Origin: Chrysomallon squamiferum | Taxonomy: Eukaryota > Animalia > Mollusca | Direction: 5' to 3' | Length of the DNA: 64,000 nt | Assembly (NCBI GenBank): GCA_012295275.1 | Contig: CM022667.1 | Span: 19,158,001-19,222,000 of the forward strand | In this document: positions 1 through 16,107 of the stretch, in pieces | How positions within the stretch are numbered: position 1 is the stretch's first letter | Layout of the letters: each line of letters begins with the position of its first letter | The notes under the pieces: generated by a model | Databases searched by the model: none | Told to the model about the DNA's origin: nothing | Seen by the model: only the letters and a program-made list of their open reading frames with translations | Made by a program: the position numbers and the translations under genes

Positions 1-549
1 TTTCACGTAGTTATAAGGGAGACAAATCTTTTTCTTTATAATCATTTAAGAGTTGTCTAACATTATACGCTTTTACAGCTAGAATATATATTTTTGCATG
101 AAAATTTCTTCAAAATTTTCATTTTTTTACTCGAATTAATGAATTTTCACAAATCAGTGATTAAAAACACATAAAAACACCTCAAAGTTGAAACTAAATA
201 TTTTAGTGATGCTAAGATTAAGTTACAATTTTCCTAAATTCACAATTTGTAATTTGCAAGGATAGTTAAACTATATATTTTTTTTCTGTTGGATTCGAGC
301 AGCAAATGTTTGCTGATATTAAAATATTTCAATAAAATAAGAAAGTGGGTTGGCGGACATGCGCAGAGGTGAACATTTTGATTTTTAAAAATGACTATCA
401 TATCGTTCAGAATTCAACACTAAAAAAAACAACAATAATAAAAATAATAATAATAAAAATAATAAGAAGAAAACAATAATTTAAAAAAATATATAATTTT
501 TTTTAAAAATAAAAAAATAAAAATAAAAGGTGATGAATATTTATGTGTA

Positions 550-851
550 CAGGTACCGGACCAATTATCCGGACTCCTTGGGGTCTGAGGCATTCCGGAT
601 TTCTGGATTTTCGGTAAATAATTAGGTATAAACGTTTTAAAATTAAAAACATAAAAGAAAACTGACATACCACAACCCGAAACGTAAACAATGCGGCGAG
701 TGAATGAACGCCACGCGGCTTGAAAGAGTACTTCCGGCCTGGCGAGGACAACACCCGCGCGCGCAAACCATGAAAATAGCGTCGGGTAAAAAAATTCCGG
801 TTTTCTGGTCATTCCGGATTTCAGGACGCCGAATAATTGGTACGGTACCTG
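550..851. mobile_element. MITE, Tc1/mariner-pogo(Tigger)-like non-autonomous DNA transposon
   Basis: 23-bp terminal inverted repeats (CAGGTACCGGACCAATTATCCGG vs reverse complement of the right end, CAGGTACCGTACCAATTATTCGG; 2 mismatches), TA on both flanks, internal TTCCGGATTTC repeats. Confidence 0.85.
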
Positions 852-861
852 TATATATATA

Positions 862-951
<90 letters not shown>

Positions 952-1214
952 ATATGTATCTGGGTATATCTATCTATTTGTCTAATCACCTGTGCATATT
1001 TCGCGAGACTTTCACGTTCACTAATAATTATAAATACTCAAGGTTTAGATGACCTGTGCCAGCGTTCAGAATACAGTGTGAAATTGTTTACTTTGAGAGC
1101 GCCGTAACATTTCACAGAAGATTATAAATCGATGTTTAAAAGCAGACTGATAAAAGCTTTCAGAAATAATCAGCTTTTTATACTACTCTTCTTTACTTGT
1201 TGACCTGCTACATA

Positions 1215-1736
<522 letters not shown>

Positions 1737-2073
1737 CGCTACTATCTTTGCACTGTTGTTCTATTCATTATCACTTTCTCTTATTTTAATTTTTTTTTCT
1801 CTTTTGTCTTTCTCTTTCTCGTGTTCTGCCAAATTAACATATAGCAGAAAGAAAATAAATGGTAGTTGACAATTTGATAATTGTAGCCTGGAGAAAAGTT
1901 ACACGTTTACACACGAAATGATGTAATTATCGCAGTGAAAGAAGAGAAAGATGTCAGAGAGAGAGAGAGAGAAAAAAAATGATAATAATAATAAAAAGGG
2001 GAAAGAAGTAAACAAAGTAAAAAAAAAGAGTAAGAAAAACAGCAATAATAACAATAACAGCAGCAATAACAAT

Positions 2074-2134
<61 letters not shown>

Positions 2135-2176
2135 TCAAGACAGAAAAAGAGAAACATATACAGTGAAAGCAGGGAA

Positions 2177-2262
<86 letters not shown>

Positions 2263-2609
2263 GGGCTGAGATACAAGAGTGATGAACACAAAATAAAGCC
2301 AGGCAAGACAAAGTGACAGGAATGTATTAAGCTGACAGCGCCAGAACAACGTAACATTTAGAAGTGACATCTGAACTCATAACCTGACGTCATCGAGTTT
2401 CTGTAGTACGCAAACATGTCAAACTGACAAATGTCATGGAGAAAAGACATTCTTGTCTTACAGCCAATATCGATTCTTTGTGAGAGTTAGATATAAGCGC
2501 AAACCAGTGACCTGGACACTATGCACACAGCAAAGCTGAAACATTTCCCGTTCCTGCCAACCCTCCATCTTTTACTGATTAAAATATAATGCTCATTTAC
2601 TTCACTTTC

Positions 2610-2810
2610 TATCTGTCTGTCTGTCTGTATTTGTACATTTCTATGTACTTGTCTGTCTGTCTGTATTTGTACATGTCTATGTAAAAGTGTCTGTCTGCAT
2701 TTGTACATGTCTATGTAAACTTGTCTGTCTGCATTTGTACATGTCTGTCTGTCTGCGTTTGTACATGTCTATGTAAACTTGTCTGTCTGTCTGCATTTGT
2801 ACATGTCTAT
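2610..2810. repeat. Minisatellite, ~30-36 bp unit (tctgtctgcatttgtacatgtctatgtaaacttg)
   Basis: About 6 copies of tttgtacat(g/t)tct visible. Confidence 0.85.
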
Positions 2811-3597
2811 GTTGTCTTCTTTTCGATGTGTCGGTCCTTTCATCTGTCCGCTTTGTCTGTATCTTTGTCCGCTTCTTCATTTGTCACCTACCAGTCAGCA
2901 ACCCATCCATATAACTATGTCCATCGATCCATTCACCCATCCATCCATCCATACATCCATACAAAGATTCATAAACAATACACAGAGATCCAACCACCCA
3001 CTTATACCAGTAATATTGAAAAACTCAGTGATCCCAACAAACAAAATATTCATCCATTCACTGGAAAACGGCTCCGTTATGATCAATGAACAGCTGTACA
3101 CGTTATACAGATTTCGTGGGCGTCTAAACATTTTGACGGTTTATTGCGGTTAAAGTTCAGTCAAGGGTTTAATAGTCTTCACGATGTGCTGAGCAGTATC
3201 AAAGACACATCAGATATTTATCCAGATCCATGACAGCACGCCATTAACTGTCAGTAATGTTACAGTATGACAAAGTGAAAAGAAAAATGTGTTTCGAATA
3301 TTAGAATAAGTGAATAATTATATGTATGTGCGTTTCTGTGTGTATGTGAGTATATGCGTATGCATGTATGTGTGTGTCTATATTTAAGTCTGCGTGTACG
3401 TGTATAATATATGTGTGTGTGTGTCTGTGTGTATATGTATGTATGTATGTGTATGTAAGTATGTGTGTATGTGTGTGCCTAAGTATGTCTCTATATATGT
3501 TCGTATATATATCTATGTATGTACAACCTAAAAAATAATCAATAAATAAAAAAAATAAAAAGAAAACAGTATTTCACAGGTCTTCACAGAAATAAAC

Positions 3598-3937
3598 AGA
3601 GGAGAGCTGCTTAATAAGAGGAAAGTTTTATAAACACAGGAGAGCTGTATAAGCAGAGGATTGCTGTATAAACATAGAGAGCTGTATAAGAAGAGGAGAG
3701 CTGTATAAGCAGAGGAGAGCTGTATAAACAGTGGAGAGCTGTATAAGCAGAGGAGAGCTGAATAAGCAGAGGAGAGCTGTATAAGCAGAGGAGAGCTTAT
3801 AAGCAGAGGAGAGCTGAATAAGCAGAGGAGAGCTGTATAAACATAAGAGCTTATAAACAGAGGAGAGCTGTATAAACAGAGGAGAGCTGTAAAGCCAGAG
3901 GCGAGTTGTATAAACAGAGGAGAGCTGTATAAGCAGA
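3598..3937. repeat. 19-bp minisatellite (agaggagagctgtataagc)n
   Basis: About 17 near-identical tandem units. Confidence 0.92.
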
Positions 3938-4357
3938 CGACAAAAGACAAGGAACAATCAATATGGCGCTAGCTGTGCGAGTGTTGTAGAATTAATCAAA
4001 TAGTGAGATGTAATAAGAGCGGGGGATTTATTCCCAGGAAAAGACATCTCGGAACTGAGCACACAACAACAGAATGTCTGTCTGACTGTCTGTCTGTCTG
4101 TCTGACTGTCTGTCTGTCTGACTGTCTGTCTGACTGTCTCTGATCTGCGCGGCCACCGAGGCACGGCTCTTTCGATTTGTTTTTGCCCATCAGTCAGTAA
4201 ACAGCCGAGCACGCGTTGAAAAGAAAATTCAGATACGTATCTCTTTCTCTTTGTGCCGTGATCGAGTTTATGTTGTATCATTCACACTGTGGCGTGTTTC
4301 TACTTTGATATCATCTTATCTAATCTTTTTTTTAAATTTATGTCTCAAATCCTTGGA

Positions 4358-4395
<38 letters not shown>

Positions 4396-4686
4396 AAAGA
4401 CAATTGATAAAGAAAAAGAAAAATGAGAAAAGGTTCAAAAACGTCTTTCTCTCAGAAGGTTGCGATTTATTTTGAAAGTGACTGAATCTTTATGCAGTGA
4501 TCTCACTGAAATAGATAGAAATGGTCCGACAAACATAATGAGCAGACAGACAGACAGGCAGAAAGTCAGAGAAACCGCTAAACTGACAAAAAGACCATTG
4601 GCTGAAGTAACAGATAGAAGAATGGATAAGTGAGAAGGGAAACAAAAAATAATTCATGTTTTTTAATTCATGTTTTTTAATTTATG

Positions 4687-4732
<46 letters not shown>

Positions 4733-6017
4733 GCAAAGTCAGACACAACGTATTACTGAAAACTCAGACATATATACACACACACAAACAGACACACCTC
4801 TTTTAATCATGATACTAAAAAAGTAAGCCCAATGAAAAAACACGACAACATAGTCTTTCATTAACGTCCTTAAACAGCAGCATTAGCTTTTAAAACGTTT
4901 TAAAGATTTGCAATGAATGAAAATCCAGAATAACTGTTTTCATTCACTATTCTGAAGACAAGGTGACGTCAGTGTTCAAAGGCGAGGCACTCTTCAACGT
5001 AATTCACACTAAACTGCAGTTTCACGACAAGAAAATAATGAGTTTCATAACAACAATCGAAATAGTTTATTAGACCAATTCGGAATGTTTAAATAATCTA
5101 CAGCAGACGTTCAGACTGAGCCAAACGGAAGTGCCTCCGTAGGTGAAGGTCACGGTTTCCGGGCATGTCGTATTGTACATTAATATATGAAGATTGCGTC
5201 TGCGCTGACGTGGGTTTTGACAATATTTTATTACCAAGATTCTGAAATACTGAACTTTTAGGCCTGACAGATCAACATCAATTCAGGGAGACCCTAAAAT
5301 TATTTAAGGTAAAGTCTTAAATTAATTTTGTTTTGTTAAAGAAGAAGAAGAAGAAAATAATAAAATAAAATAAATAATAATAAAAACAAATAAAAACGAA
5401 CAGGAAATAAAGAAATAAAGGAGGATATAACGATTGTTTATATGCCATTAGCGAAATAAACTGAATTTGATATGACTATCGTATTGTTTTAGAAACACGA
5501 TAATAAAATACTTCTGTTATGATGTTACAGTATACATTTATGTATATGTATATATTTATATGTATATGTATATATTTATATGTATATGTATGAGTCTGTA
5601 TGTGTGTGTGTGTGTATGAATGTTTGTATATGTGTGTGTGCATGTGTGTGTATGTATATGTATATGTGCACATGAATAACAATTACATTCAGCAAAAACT
5701 TTATTTCCCCCTCGCCTTTTTTTTCTCCCCATTTTTTTTTTTTTTTAAACGTAAACTCGCCAGTAACTGACTACAGTTTAATCAAACTTTTACAGCAGGT
5801 TTAAAACACGTAGAAACGTGATTTTTCTCCAAGTGTAGACGAGATGGGAAATTGACTGCTTTAAACAGAACACGTAAAAGCTCGCAGAGTTGATTAAAGG
5901 AGGAGAGGATAATGAGAAAACACTGGTGAAAAGAGAGTGAGATTCAAACAGTCCAGATATCTGTTAACTAGGCGTGGCTGGGATCTGGGAAATTAGGCGT
6001 GGGAGGCTGAAGTTTTC

Positions 6018-6325
6018 GCTTGCGGGTTTTCAGTATGATAAGTCTAACAGTGCTTCGTGAAATAAATTCTTTGATAACTACAGAAGACTAGTTAATGCAG
6101 ATAAAAAAAAAAATAAAAATAAAAAAATAAAAATACTGTGGATTAAATATAACATGGTTAAAAGACATAGAAATAATATTCAGAATTTCACTGATTTTTG
6201 GCTTGTGGGTTTTCAGTGTCATAAATCTAAACAGTACTTCCTGAAATAAATTATTTTATAACTCTAGAAGACTAGTTGATAGAGATACAATGTAACATGG
6301 TAAAAGACAGAAAATTAATATTCAG
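6018..6325. repeat. Diverged tandem duplication
   Basis: gcttg(c/t)gggttttcagt..agaagactagtt..taacatgg..taatattcag occurs at ~6018 and ~6201. Confidence 0.8.
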
Positions 6326-6412
6326 TTTGCTTTCATACAATGTTACTGAATCCAAAAATATATAGATGTTGTAACATAGACACAGACAAATACACACACA
6401 CACTATCTATGT

Positions 6413-6520
<108 letters not shown>

Positions 6521-6952
6521 CGTATATATCTCTCTCTCTCTATATCTCTCTCTCTCTCTCTCTCTCTCCATATATATATATATATATATATAAATATGTA
6601 TGTATATATATATGTATGTGTGTATGTATATAAAAGGACATACAGAAACAACTCTACGTCGTCAGAATAACGCCCAAATCTACTTATTTATATAATTTAT
6701 ATATCATCCTATCTCTGTCACAAGTAAACAAGTGTATCTATATAAGGCTAAAACACAAGTACAAATGTAGAAACATCTTAAATAAAGCTCAGTTATATTT
6801 TATGTAAACGACTGTTTATATTACATAAAAGTACAAGAAAATTTTCTCTTTGTTATTATAACGAGTTTTCCACTGAAAACAGGTCCCTGTGGATTTTACA
6901 TCCTCTTCATATAAGATAGATTAAAACTTTTATAACTGAATGAACTACTTAT

Positions 6953-7042
<90 letters not shown>

Positions 7043-7177
7043 TTCTCTCTTTCTGTCTCTGACTCTCTCTTTCTCTCTCTTTCTGTCTCTTTCTCTCTCT
7101 GTCTCTTTGTCTCTCTCTCTGTCTCTCTTTCTCTCTCTTTCTGTCTCTGTCTCTCTCTCTTTCTCTCTCTATCTCTA

Positions 7178-7272
<95 letters not shown>

Positions 7273-7373
7273 TTCTGTCTCTGACTCTCTCTCTTTCTCT
7301 CTCTTTCTGTCTCTTTCTCTCTCTGTCTCTTTGTCTCTCTCTCTGTCTCTCTTTCTCTCTCTTTCTGTCTCTG

Positions 7374-7464
<91 letters not shown>

Positions 7465-9105
7465 CTCTCGCTCTCGCAAATGAAAACACAGACAGAAGTA
7501 ATTATATATACATATTTCAAATTGTAATGAAAGATTGTTTTCTTTTTTAAGGCTTATTTAACTTTTTAATGGCAACCCATGGGATAGTCATTATCGACAA
7601 TATGTTACTGCTACCAATTTGAAAATAAACAGACTGCAAATACTGCTGATAGAAAAAATGTTACAAACCTCACTGCTCAAATTTAGTAAACGATTTTCTG
7701 CCTACAGGATAAAAATGGAACTTTTAATTGCATCTTTACCAAAAATACTGGATTAACTTTTCTAACTGATTATATTTTTTACGTATTAAAGAAAAACACC
7801 AAAACAAACAAATTAAAATTAAAATAAAGAAAAGAATTGTTTCACTATGCTTTACATCTAAGACAAAAGACACTTAGCAACCTACCAAAGGGCACTGTTT
7901 GAAAAACGACTTACACGCTTAGTTTGACGTTCATTTTAATAGATGATTTTTTTTTATCACAGCAAAGAGCTGAGAAACTGGAGTCCTTCATATTAAATAA
8001 AGATTCCCAATTCCCTTCCTGCCATCACTCATTACTCGAAAACAGAAATAAGCACGTGAGAAAAGTTAATATACCATGGAAACAATATATATATTGCCTT
8101 TTTCTCTGTCTGTCTATAATCATAATCATATATCTATTTATGTCCGTCCTCTTTGACAGTTTATATATCATTCTCTTTGTCTCTCTTTTGCACGCGCGCA
8201 CTCACACACACACACACACACACACACACTCGAATACACACATATTATCATAAATACATCTACACTCAGATATACTCTGATATATAAACTCTCAAACAAC
8301 AGTTTTTGAATTTTGTATGTGTCTGTCTATCTGTTATATATCTATATGTTTACACGTGTGTCTATTTCTATTATTATTATATCATCTAATTTTATTATTT
8401 TATTTATTTGTTTATTTATCGATTCATATATTCTGACAGTAGTCTAAGAATTGCTTTTTATATATATTTTTTTTACAATAATTAATTTATTATTAACATA
8501 AACAAACAAAAAAAACACACCAAAAAACAAACAAATAAATCTACGACTATTAGTCAAAAGAAAACAAACCAAATAAGACTCAAATAAAACTAAAATAAAA
8601 CCGATCAAAAAATGTCGTGAGCGCAAAATCCCTTAAACTCAGCACTTACGGTGAATCAAATTGAAGCAATAATTCCATACACAAATATAATTACCAATCT
8701 ATTTAGGTAAAAAGCAATTAAGCGCTCTTTTAATTTACAGTCAGAGGAAGTTAAACAGAGTGATGGGCCTTGACGCGCTAAGTCGATAAATATTTAATAA
8801 CTGACGAGGCAGGAAAAGAAGAAGAAGAAGAAGAAGAAGAAGAAAAAGAAGAAATCGATTTGTACAAATATTTCTGCAAGCAGTAAGACGTGAAAACCTG
8901 AAAGTTTAAAAGAAAAGAAACTGGATAATTGTTTAATAACTGTCTTGTAAAAATGTCAGTCAACGAAAACACGAATACAAGAAAACAAAAGAGAATGAAA
9001 TGTAACGAAAGAAAAATGAAGGATACAAATTACGAAAAATAAAATCGATGGAAAAAAGAAAAAAGTAATTTCGATATATCTCTGTCCATCTGACTGTCTG
9101 TCTGT

Positions 9106-9212
<107 letters not shown>

Positions 9213-10224
9213 TACATACGCACACACACAAATGCACATATATACAAACAAAATTAAAAAATACGAAAACACATCCATCCATTAAAAAAGGGTACACATA
9301 CTCTCGCATACAAACATTCATATACACAGTAAATTTATAAAATTTACCAAGACATAGTTTATTCTGAAAAACATTAAATGCAGAAAACTACAGTTTCAAA
9401 TAAAGAAAAAGTAGAGAGAAACAGCAGAGAGAGAGAGAGATAACTGAAAGACAGAACAACAAAAAGACAAAATAAAAATCACTTAGCAATTCCATAAAAA
9501 GGTAAAAACTAGTTTGTTTGCTTGTTTTTTATTTTTATTTTTTAAAATTTACATTGAAGCGTTGGAGAAATTCATTTTGCGTTTCTTAGCAACAAATCAA
9601 AGTCATTTATCTAAGACAGTCAGAAAAATGGCATGAAAGAAAAAAATCTGAACGTAGTAAAATTACAAAGAAATAACAATAATTGAACAACTGCTCTCTT
9701 ATACGTTCCGCAGCAGCAGCTGCATCATCAACAACTACTACTATTACGACTACTACCATAAACAAGAATAATAACAACAATAATAATGATGTTCATAATA
9801 AAAATAATAATGGTAACAAGATACAATAGCAGCAACAGTACAAAATATAATAACGTAACGTTATTAACAACATCTGAAACATGAGCAACCACAGCAGTAA
9901 CATCAACAACACTGATAACAACAACAATAATAATTTTAATTTAAAAAAGTAAAAGAATTCTTACCTTTAACCGATAAACTGTTTTCTTCGACTAATCTTC
10001 ATGACGTCATTCTATTATGACGTTATATTTCTTTCGTAACTCTTCGGAAAACTACAGTTACAACAACAATTTCTTTTCTTATGAGGACTATTATTAAAAA
10101 AACGACATAAATATGAACGACAACTACTACGACGACGACAACAACAATAACAACGATAATAAATAAATAAGTAAATAAATAAGTAAAAGCAGTATTAACA
10201 ACAACAACACCAAAACAACAATAA

Positions 10225-10258
<34 letters not shown>

Positions 10259-11069
10259 TTGTTTTTTTTGTATTATTTTTTTAAGATAAGAAGTTGAAAG
10301 AAAAGTCAGTAGTTTCCTCCGTGTCGCCCTTTTAATGCTGTCGGAAGAAATTAAAGTCGACTGGGCACTAATCAATACTGCGCTTCGGTATAATACCAGT
10401 CGAGATGAGTGTTTGACGCAAATCAATTCCCTTGGAAACGGTCTATGTGCTGCTAAAGTCACAGACAACATAAACAGACCGGTACGTGGCGATTTTTTAA
10501 AATTTTATTTAAAAAAAAAAAAAAAAAAAAAAAACAAATAAAAACAATTACAAAAAAAAGAAAAAAGAAAAACAATAAAAATATTTCGTCGGAGAATAAT
10601 TTACACGACTGGTACTGGTGTTGATATTTCTGCGAGTCGTTTGTAAATAACGGTATCACGCGGAGCAGACGTGAATTCTTGCTGACAACTGAAAATAATA
10701 TATGTTATAGTGAAGAAGAAGAAGAAGAAGAAGAAGAAGAAACAAAAAAATGAAATGAAAAGTGTATGTTGTATGGGATCTTATATGGAGTTCAAATTGG
10801 GAAAGACGGTTGAAAAGGAACTGTTGTCAAGGTAACAGTTTTACTTTATATATTTTGTTTGTTTACTTATTTAGTGTGGTATGTGCGTTAATGGTATCAT
10901 TTTAGCATGATATTTTTTGATAATAATAATAATAATATTACATATTTAATAAATTATAGTATAAAATAACTACCTTTATTTATTTATTTTTTATTATTAT
11001 TATTTTTTTTTTTCATTTAATTAAATTTTTACCCGTATCACAAGAAGTAATTATTATTTTTTTTACTTT

Positions 11070-11104
<35 letters not shown>

Positions 11105-11629
11105 ACATTACATTGATTCAATAGCCCCTACCTGTTTACATCGCTATGGTTTGTATTTTTTGGCAATTTCTTCAATAATAAAAAAATGTTGATCCGCTCC
11201 AAAAATACTACACTAAAATGAAACAATTTTTTGTCAAAGTTCAAAATTTCGCGGTTACAACCATCATCATCATCATCTTCTTCATTATAACATTTTCATC
11301 ATAATTATAATAACAATTAGATTGACGATACTGATGTTTATGATATTAATAACGATGATTATGTTGTCAACAACAGTAATAATAATGACGATCATATCTG
11401 CGAATAACAACAACAACAGCAACAATAACCAAAAGAACAACAGCAATAATAATGAAATTAATAACTATAATAATAATAATGACTGTGTAGCGCTTGTTAA
11501 TAATGATCATATTTCAGTTAAAAGGTTCTGATAAAATCAAACACATGCCATTTAAGAAATATTTTATTTATTATTATTGTAATTCTCTTCTCTGTCTCTG
11601 TTTCCTAGTATCTTCTATCTCGCTCCACC

Positions 11630-11736
<107 letters not shown>

Positions 11737-12177
11737 CCCTCACCCCTCTCTCTCTCTCACTCTCACCCTCTCTCACCCTCACCCCCTCTCTCACCCTCAC
11801 CCCCTCTCTCTGTCTGTTTCAGAACAAATTATTATATAATATTATTACTTGACATTGCTACCCATGCAACACAATATTTTGTGACAGTTATATCTTGATA
11901 AAATCACTGCAGTATATTACAGTGTTTACATTGTCTTGTATTGCAGTTTAGTTCATAACAGGAGTCTTTTTTTCTCTTATTTTTGTTTTATTTCAAATGT
12001 TAAACAAACGAGACAACATATAATAAATTCAGACTACAACAAAAACAACAATGTCTAAATAAATAAACTGTTAATTAAGTGATTTTATGGTCTCTCTCCC
12101 ATTTTTTTTCGTTCTTTGTTTTATACTTTCTCCAACATCTATTTCTATTACTCTGTACAAGCCTTTATTTCTACCAT

Positions 12178-12297
<120 letters not shown>

Positions 12298-12431
12298 TTC
12301 TCTCTCTCTCTGTCTCTCTCTCTCTATTTCTCTCTCTGTTTCTTTCTCTGCTTCTCTCATACACATACACACACACACACACACACAGACACACACATAC
12401 ATCACACTCACACACACAGATCACACTTACA

Positions 12432-12480
<49 letters not shown>

Positions 12481-13153
12481 CTAGCTCTTTATCACTCTCT
12501 CCCTCTCATGTCCCGCCTCTCTCTCGTTCTGTCTCAGACAATTTCTATCTCACCGTCTCCATTTTCCGTTCTATGAATATCTTCACCTTATCAGCCTCCT
12601 GCTTTATTTCACTCTGAACGTCTATCAATAAACAGTTTCCGCCCTGTTACTGTGTAAAACCTAGATGTGTAAGTAGGGAAAAGAAATATATTTATTTCTT
12701 GGGTTGGATGTGTTACAGTCAACAATACGTCAGATTATTAACTCTAAGAAATACGTTATTGATTTTACAACAACCCGGGGAATACCTTCTTTTACTGAAC
12801 ATGTAAGAAGAATGATTAATTCGTGATGTAGTAATTAAAGACATGAGATTAGATTAGTACGTGTGAAGGAAGAGTTCTTAGGTGTCATTTCATTTGTATT
12901 GTATTTTCTGTAGGGTGTATATAATTATTATTTAAAAAAAAAAATAAATAAGTAAATAAATAAATAAATAATAATAATAAATGTAATAATAACAACAACG
13001 AATAACAATAATAAACGTAATAATAATAATAACAATAATAATAATAATAATAACAATAACAATAATAACGACAACAAGAATAACAATAATAACAATAACA
13101 ACAACAAAAACAATAATAATAATAACAACATCAACAATAATAATAATAATAAC

Positions 13154-13199
<46 letters not shown>

Positions 13200-13797
13200 T
13201 TAAATAATGATAAAAAAAATGTATATAAAAATGAATAGCAATTTTTATACTTTTAATATCAATAATGTATGTTATCAGTTTACGCTTATACATGCATGTC
13301 TATGGAGTGGTAACAGTAACAACAATAGTATATTTTTAGCCACAAAAGTTTACTAAATTCAATGAAAAACAAAACGATGGAGATCGGTCGACTACTCTCA
13401 TTCTTCTTAAACAGTTTAACGGACAGAGGTGAATAGGTGCTAGTTAATTTTCTGTTTCTCTTGACGATTTCCATCGTTCTGTCTGTTTTAGCTCTGCGTA
13501 TATTAAACACAAACAGCAGTTGACAATTTCACGTTTCTAGACTCGAAAAGTGTGGGCCCGTGTTACAAGAGGAAGCTTTTAAGGAATTCCCTAGACGCTT
13601 TGTTGGAACATGTTGAAGAAATGTAAACGTAAAAAGCATGGGAGATACGGGAATAAGAGTTTAAATGACTGAACACGGTTACAGTTGTAGATAATAATAA
13701 TAAAATAAAACTATAAAATTAAAAATAATCTATTGAAATGAACGAGATAAATAGGCACGCGGTCTTTCTTTTTTATTTCTCCTTTCCGTTCTTTCCA

Positions 13798-13862
<65 letters not shown>

Positions 13863-15923
13863 AAAGAAGAAGTAGAAGAAGAAAAAAAATAAGAAGAAAA
13901 CAAACGTATACAGAATTACTCATAGATATAAACTTACTGGCCATATTATATTTATAACAGAGAAGTTGTTCTTTTGTAGACTGTATTGTATTTTCTCGTA
14001 ACGATCTACACTAGTTTGAGTTGACGTATTGTTAAAATAACAGTGTACTTCAGCTATTTGTTTAACAATCGATCATTAATCTAAACCCCTTTTTAAAACA
14101 CAAAACGCGTTTACAGTGACAATGCAACATTCATTCCGTCTGTATCGATTACTTTGGTGTGCCGATATCGTGGAGGAAATGACCAACAACGACTGACATT
14201 CGAGAGTTAATATTTCGTTTTGACTTCCCTCTGTTGTAATGAGAGCTCCAGAGCCTGTCTATCAAAGCGATTTTTTTTTATATTCTGACAAACAAATTCT
14301 GTGTTTCAATTCAACTAAATCTCTGTAATTTGATGTTAGCATAACCTTTGACAAAACTAAAATAAATGTTTATATCATAAGATTGCTAAACCAAAGGTTG
14401 TGCTTTTTGTGTTTGTTTTTCGTGTTTGTTTTTTGTTTTTTGTTGTTGTTTTTTGTTTTTGGGGTTTTTTAAAAATTTATTTTTATTTTATTTTTTCTCA
14501 TATATTATTACAAAGTATATTTTATTCATTAATAATAACAATAAATGACGATGGTAATATGATGATGATGGTAATGACAATGACAGAAACAGCAGGAGCC
14601 TTAGAATGAGTAATGACAGCATCAGAAGTAGTTGCAACAACAGCAGTATTCAGTGACATGTTCGGATACACATTTGTTCGCATGTACATACATAAATAAA
14701 CCATTATAAAATAAGTACACATAAACGTAACAAATAGCTGGTTATTTTTAAACTCACTTTGTGTGAAATAAACCTGTTCAACATTTAATACGATTTACTT
14801 ATTTCAGATACTGAAATATTTAAACAATAACAGACTTCAGATACATACTAACAGTTATAATTACATTTCAGTGCAGGATCCAGAACATTTGTAATTTAGT
14901 TTGTAATTGTGACAGAAAAAGCAGGATGTTTAATTTATTTCCAGCAATAATAAAGAAACGTTCCAGAACGGTGCGCTGAAAATGATACGGAATTTACATA
15001 TGGAATTACAACAATGGCTTCCGAAGTTGTGGCATGCGTGGAACTTCCCATTTCGTCGATGTGTATGATTAATAAACCGATTCACTGTTATTAAACAAAC
15101 ATCTGGGTAATTGATTGGATCTAAACCACTGATAAAATTTATATTCCCGTAATCGATGTAGAAAGCAAAGCAAGATGGAAATGTAAACAAAATAAATAAC
15201 ATGTCATCGCTGACTACATTTCTTGTCATTAAACACATACACGCTGCTGTTGTAGCTGCTGCTTCTGTTATCACTGCCGTTACTGTCGTTACTACTCCCG
15301 CTGCTAATTATATCTCCCGTAATAATAATAATAAAAGAAGAAGAAATAACGACACACACTTAAATCCATATGTGCATACACATATGTTTCTGTACACTGC
15401 AAATACTTCAAGAAAACATAAACAAAAAACAGCTAAAGCGATAAATAAATAAAAAAAAAAATGAAATAAAAAAATAAAATTAAAAAAATAAAATGAAATA
15501 GCTGACGGAGTGTGGAGCTGTTAACAGACTGTTTGAGGAGCGCGTGTAATCGACTGAGAGCCGTGTGTCGTGTGACAAGCTCGGGGCAGCTCCACTGAAG
15601 ACAAATTAGCTCAGATTACTCACTTAACAGCAGCATTGTGCTCAACAACTGCCACCGTTTACAGACATCCCGATACAAACGCGCTTTCTTCTTTGTTTGT
15701 TGCTTTGTGTGTTTGTTTGTTTGTTTATTTCCAAATTTAATTTATTTAATTTTCTAATATTTTTCTCTAATTTTCTTTTCTCTGTCCATCCATCCATCTG
15801 TCTATCTGTCTATTATTTTCTTATTATTTAATTTTCTAATGTTTTTCTCTAATTTTCTTTTCTATCTATCTATCTATCTATCTATCTGTCTATCTGCCTG
15901 CCTGCCTTCCTGTCCGTCCGTGA

Positions 15924-16009
<86 letters not shown>

Positions 16010-16107
16010 CTGTGTCTATCTATTTTTCTGCCTAATTACCTCTACCTTTCTTTTTCTGTCTATTTATCTATCCATCTAGCTGTATGTCTTTTTGTTTGTT
16101 GATCTTT

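Noticed and set aside
1-370. Sequence with the texture of a DNA-transposon end
   Set aside because: Truncated by the window edge; no TIR pair or ORF to support it
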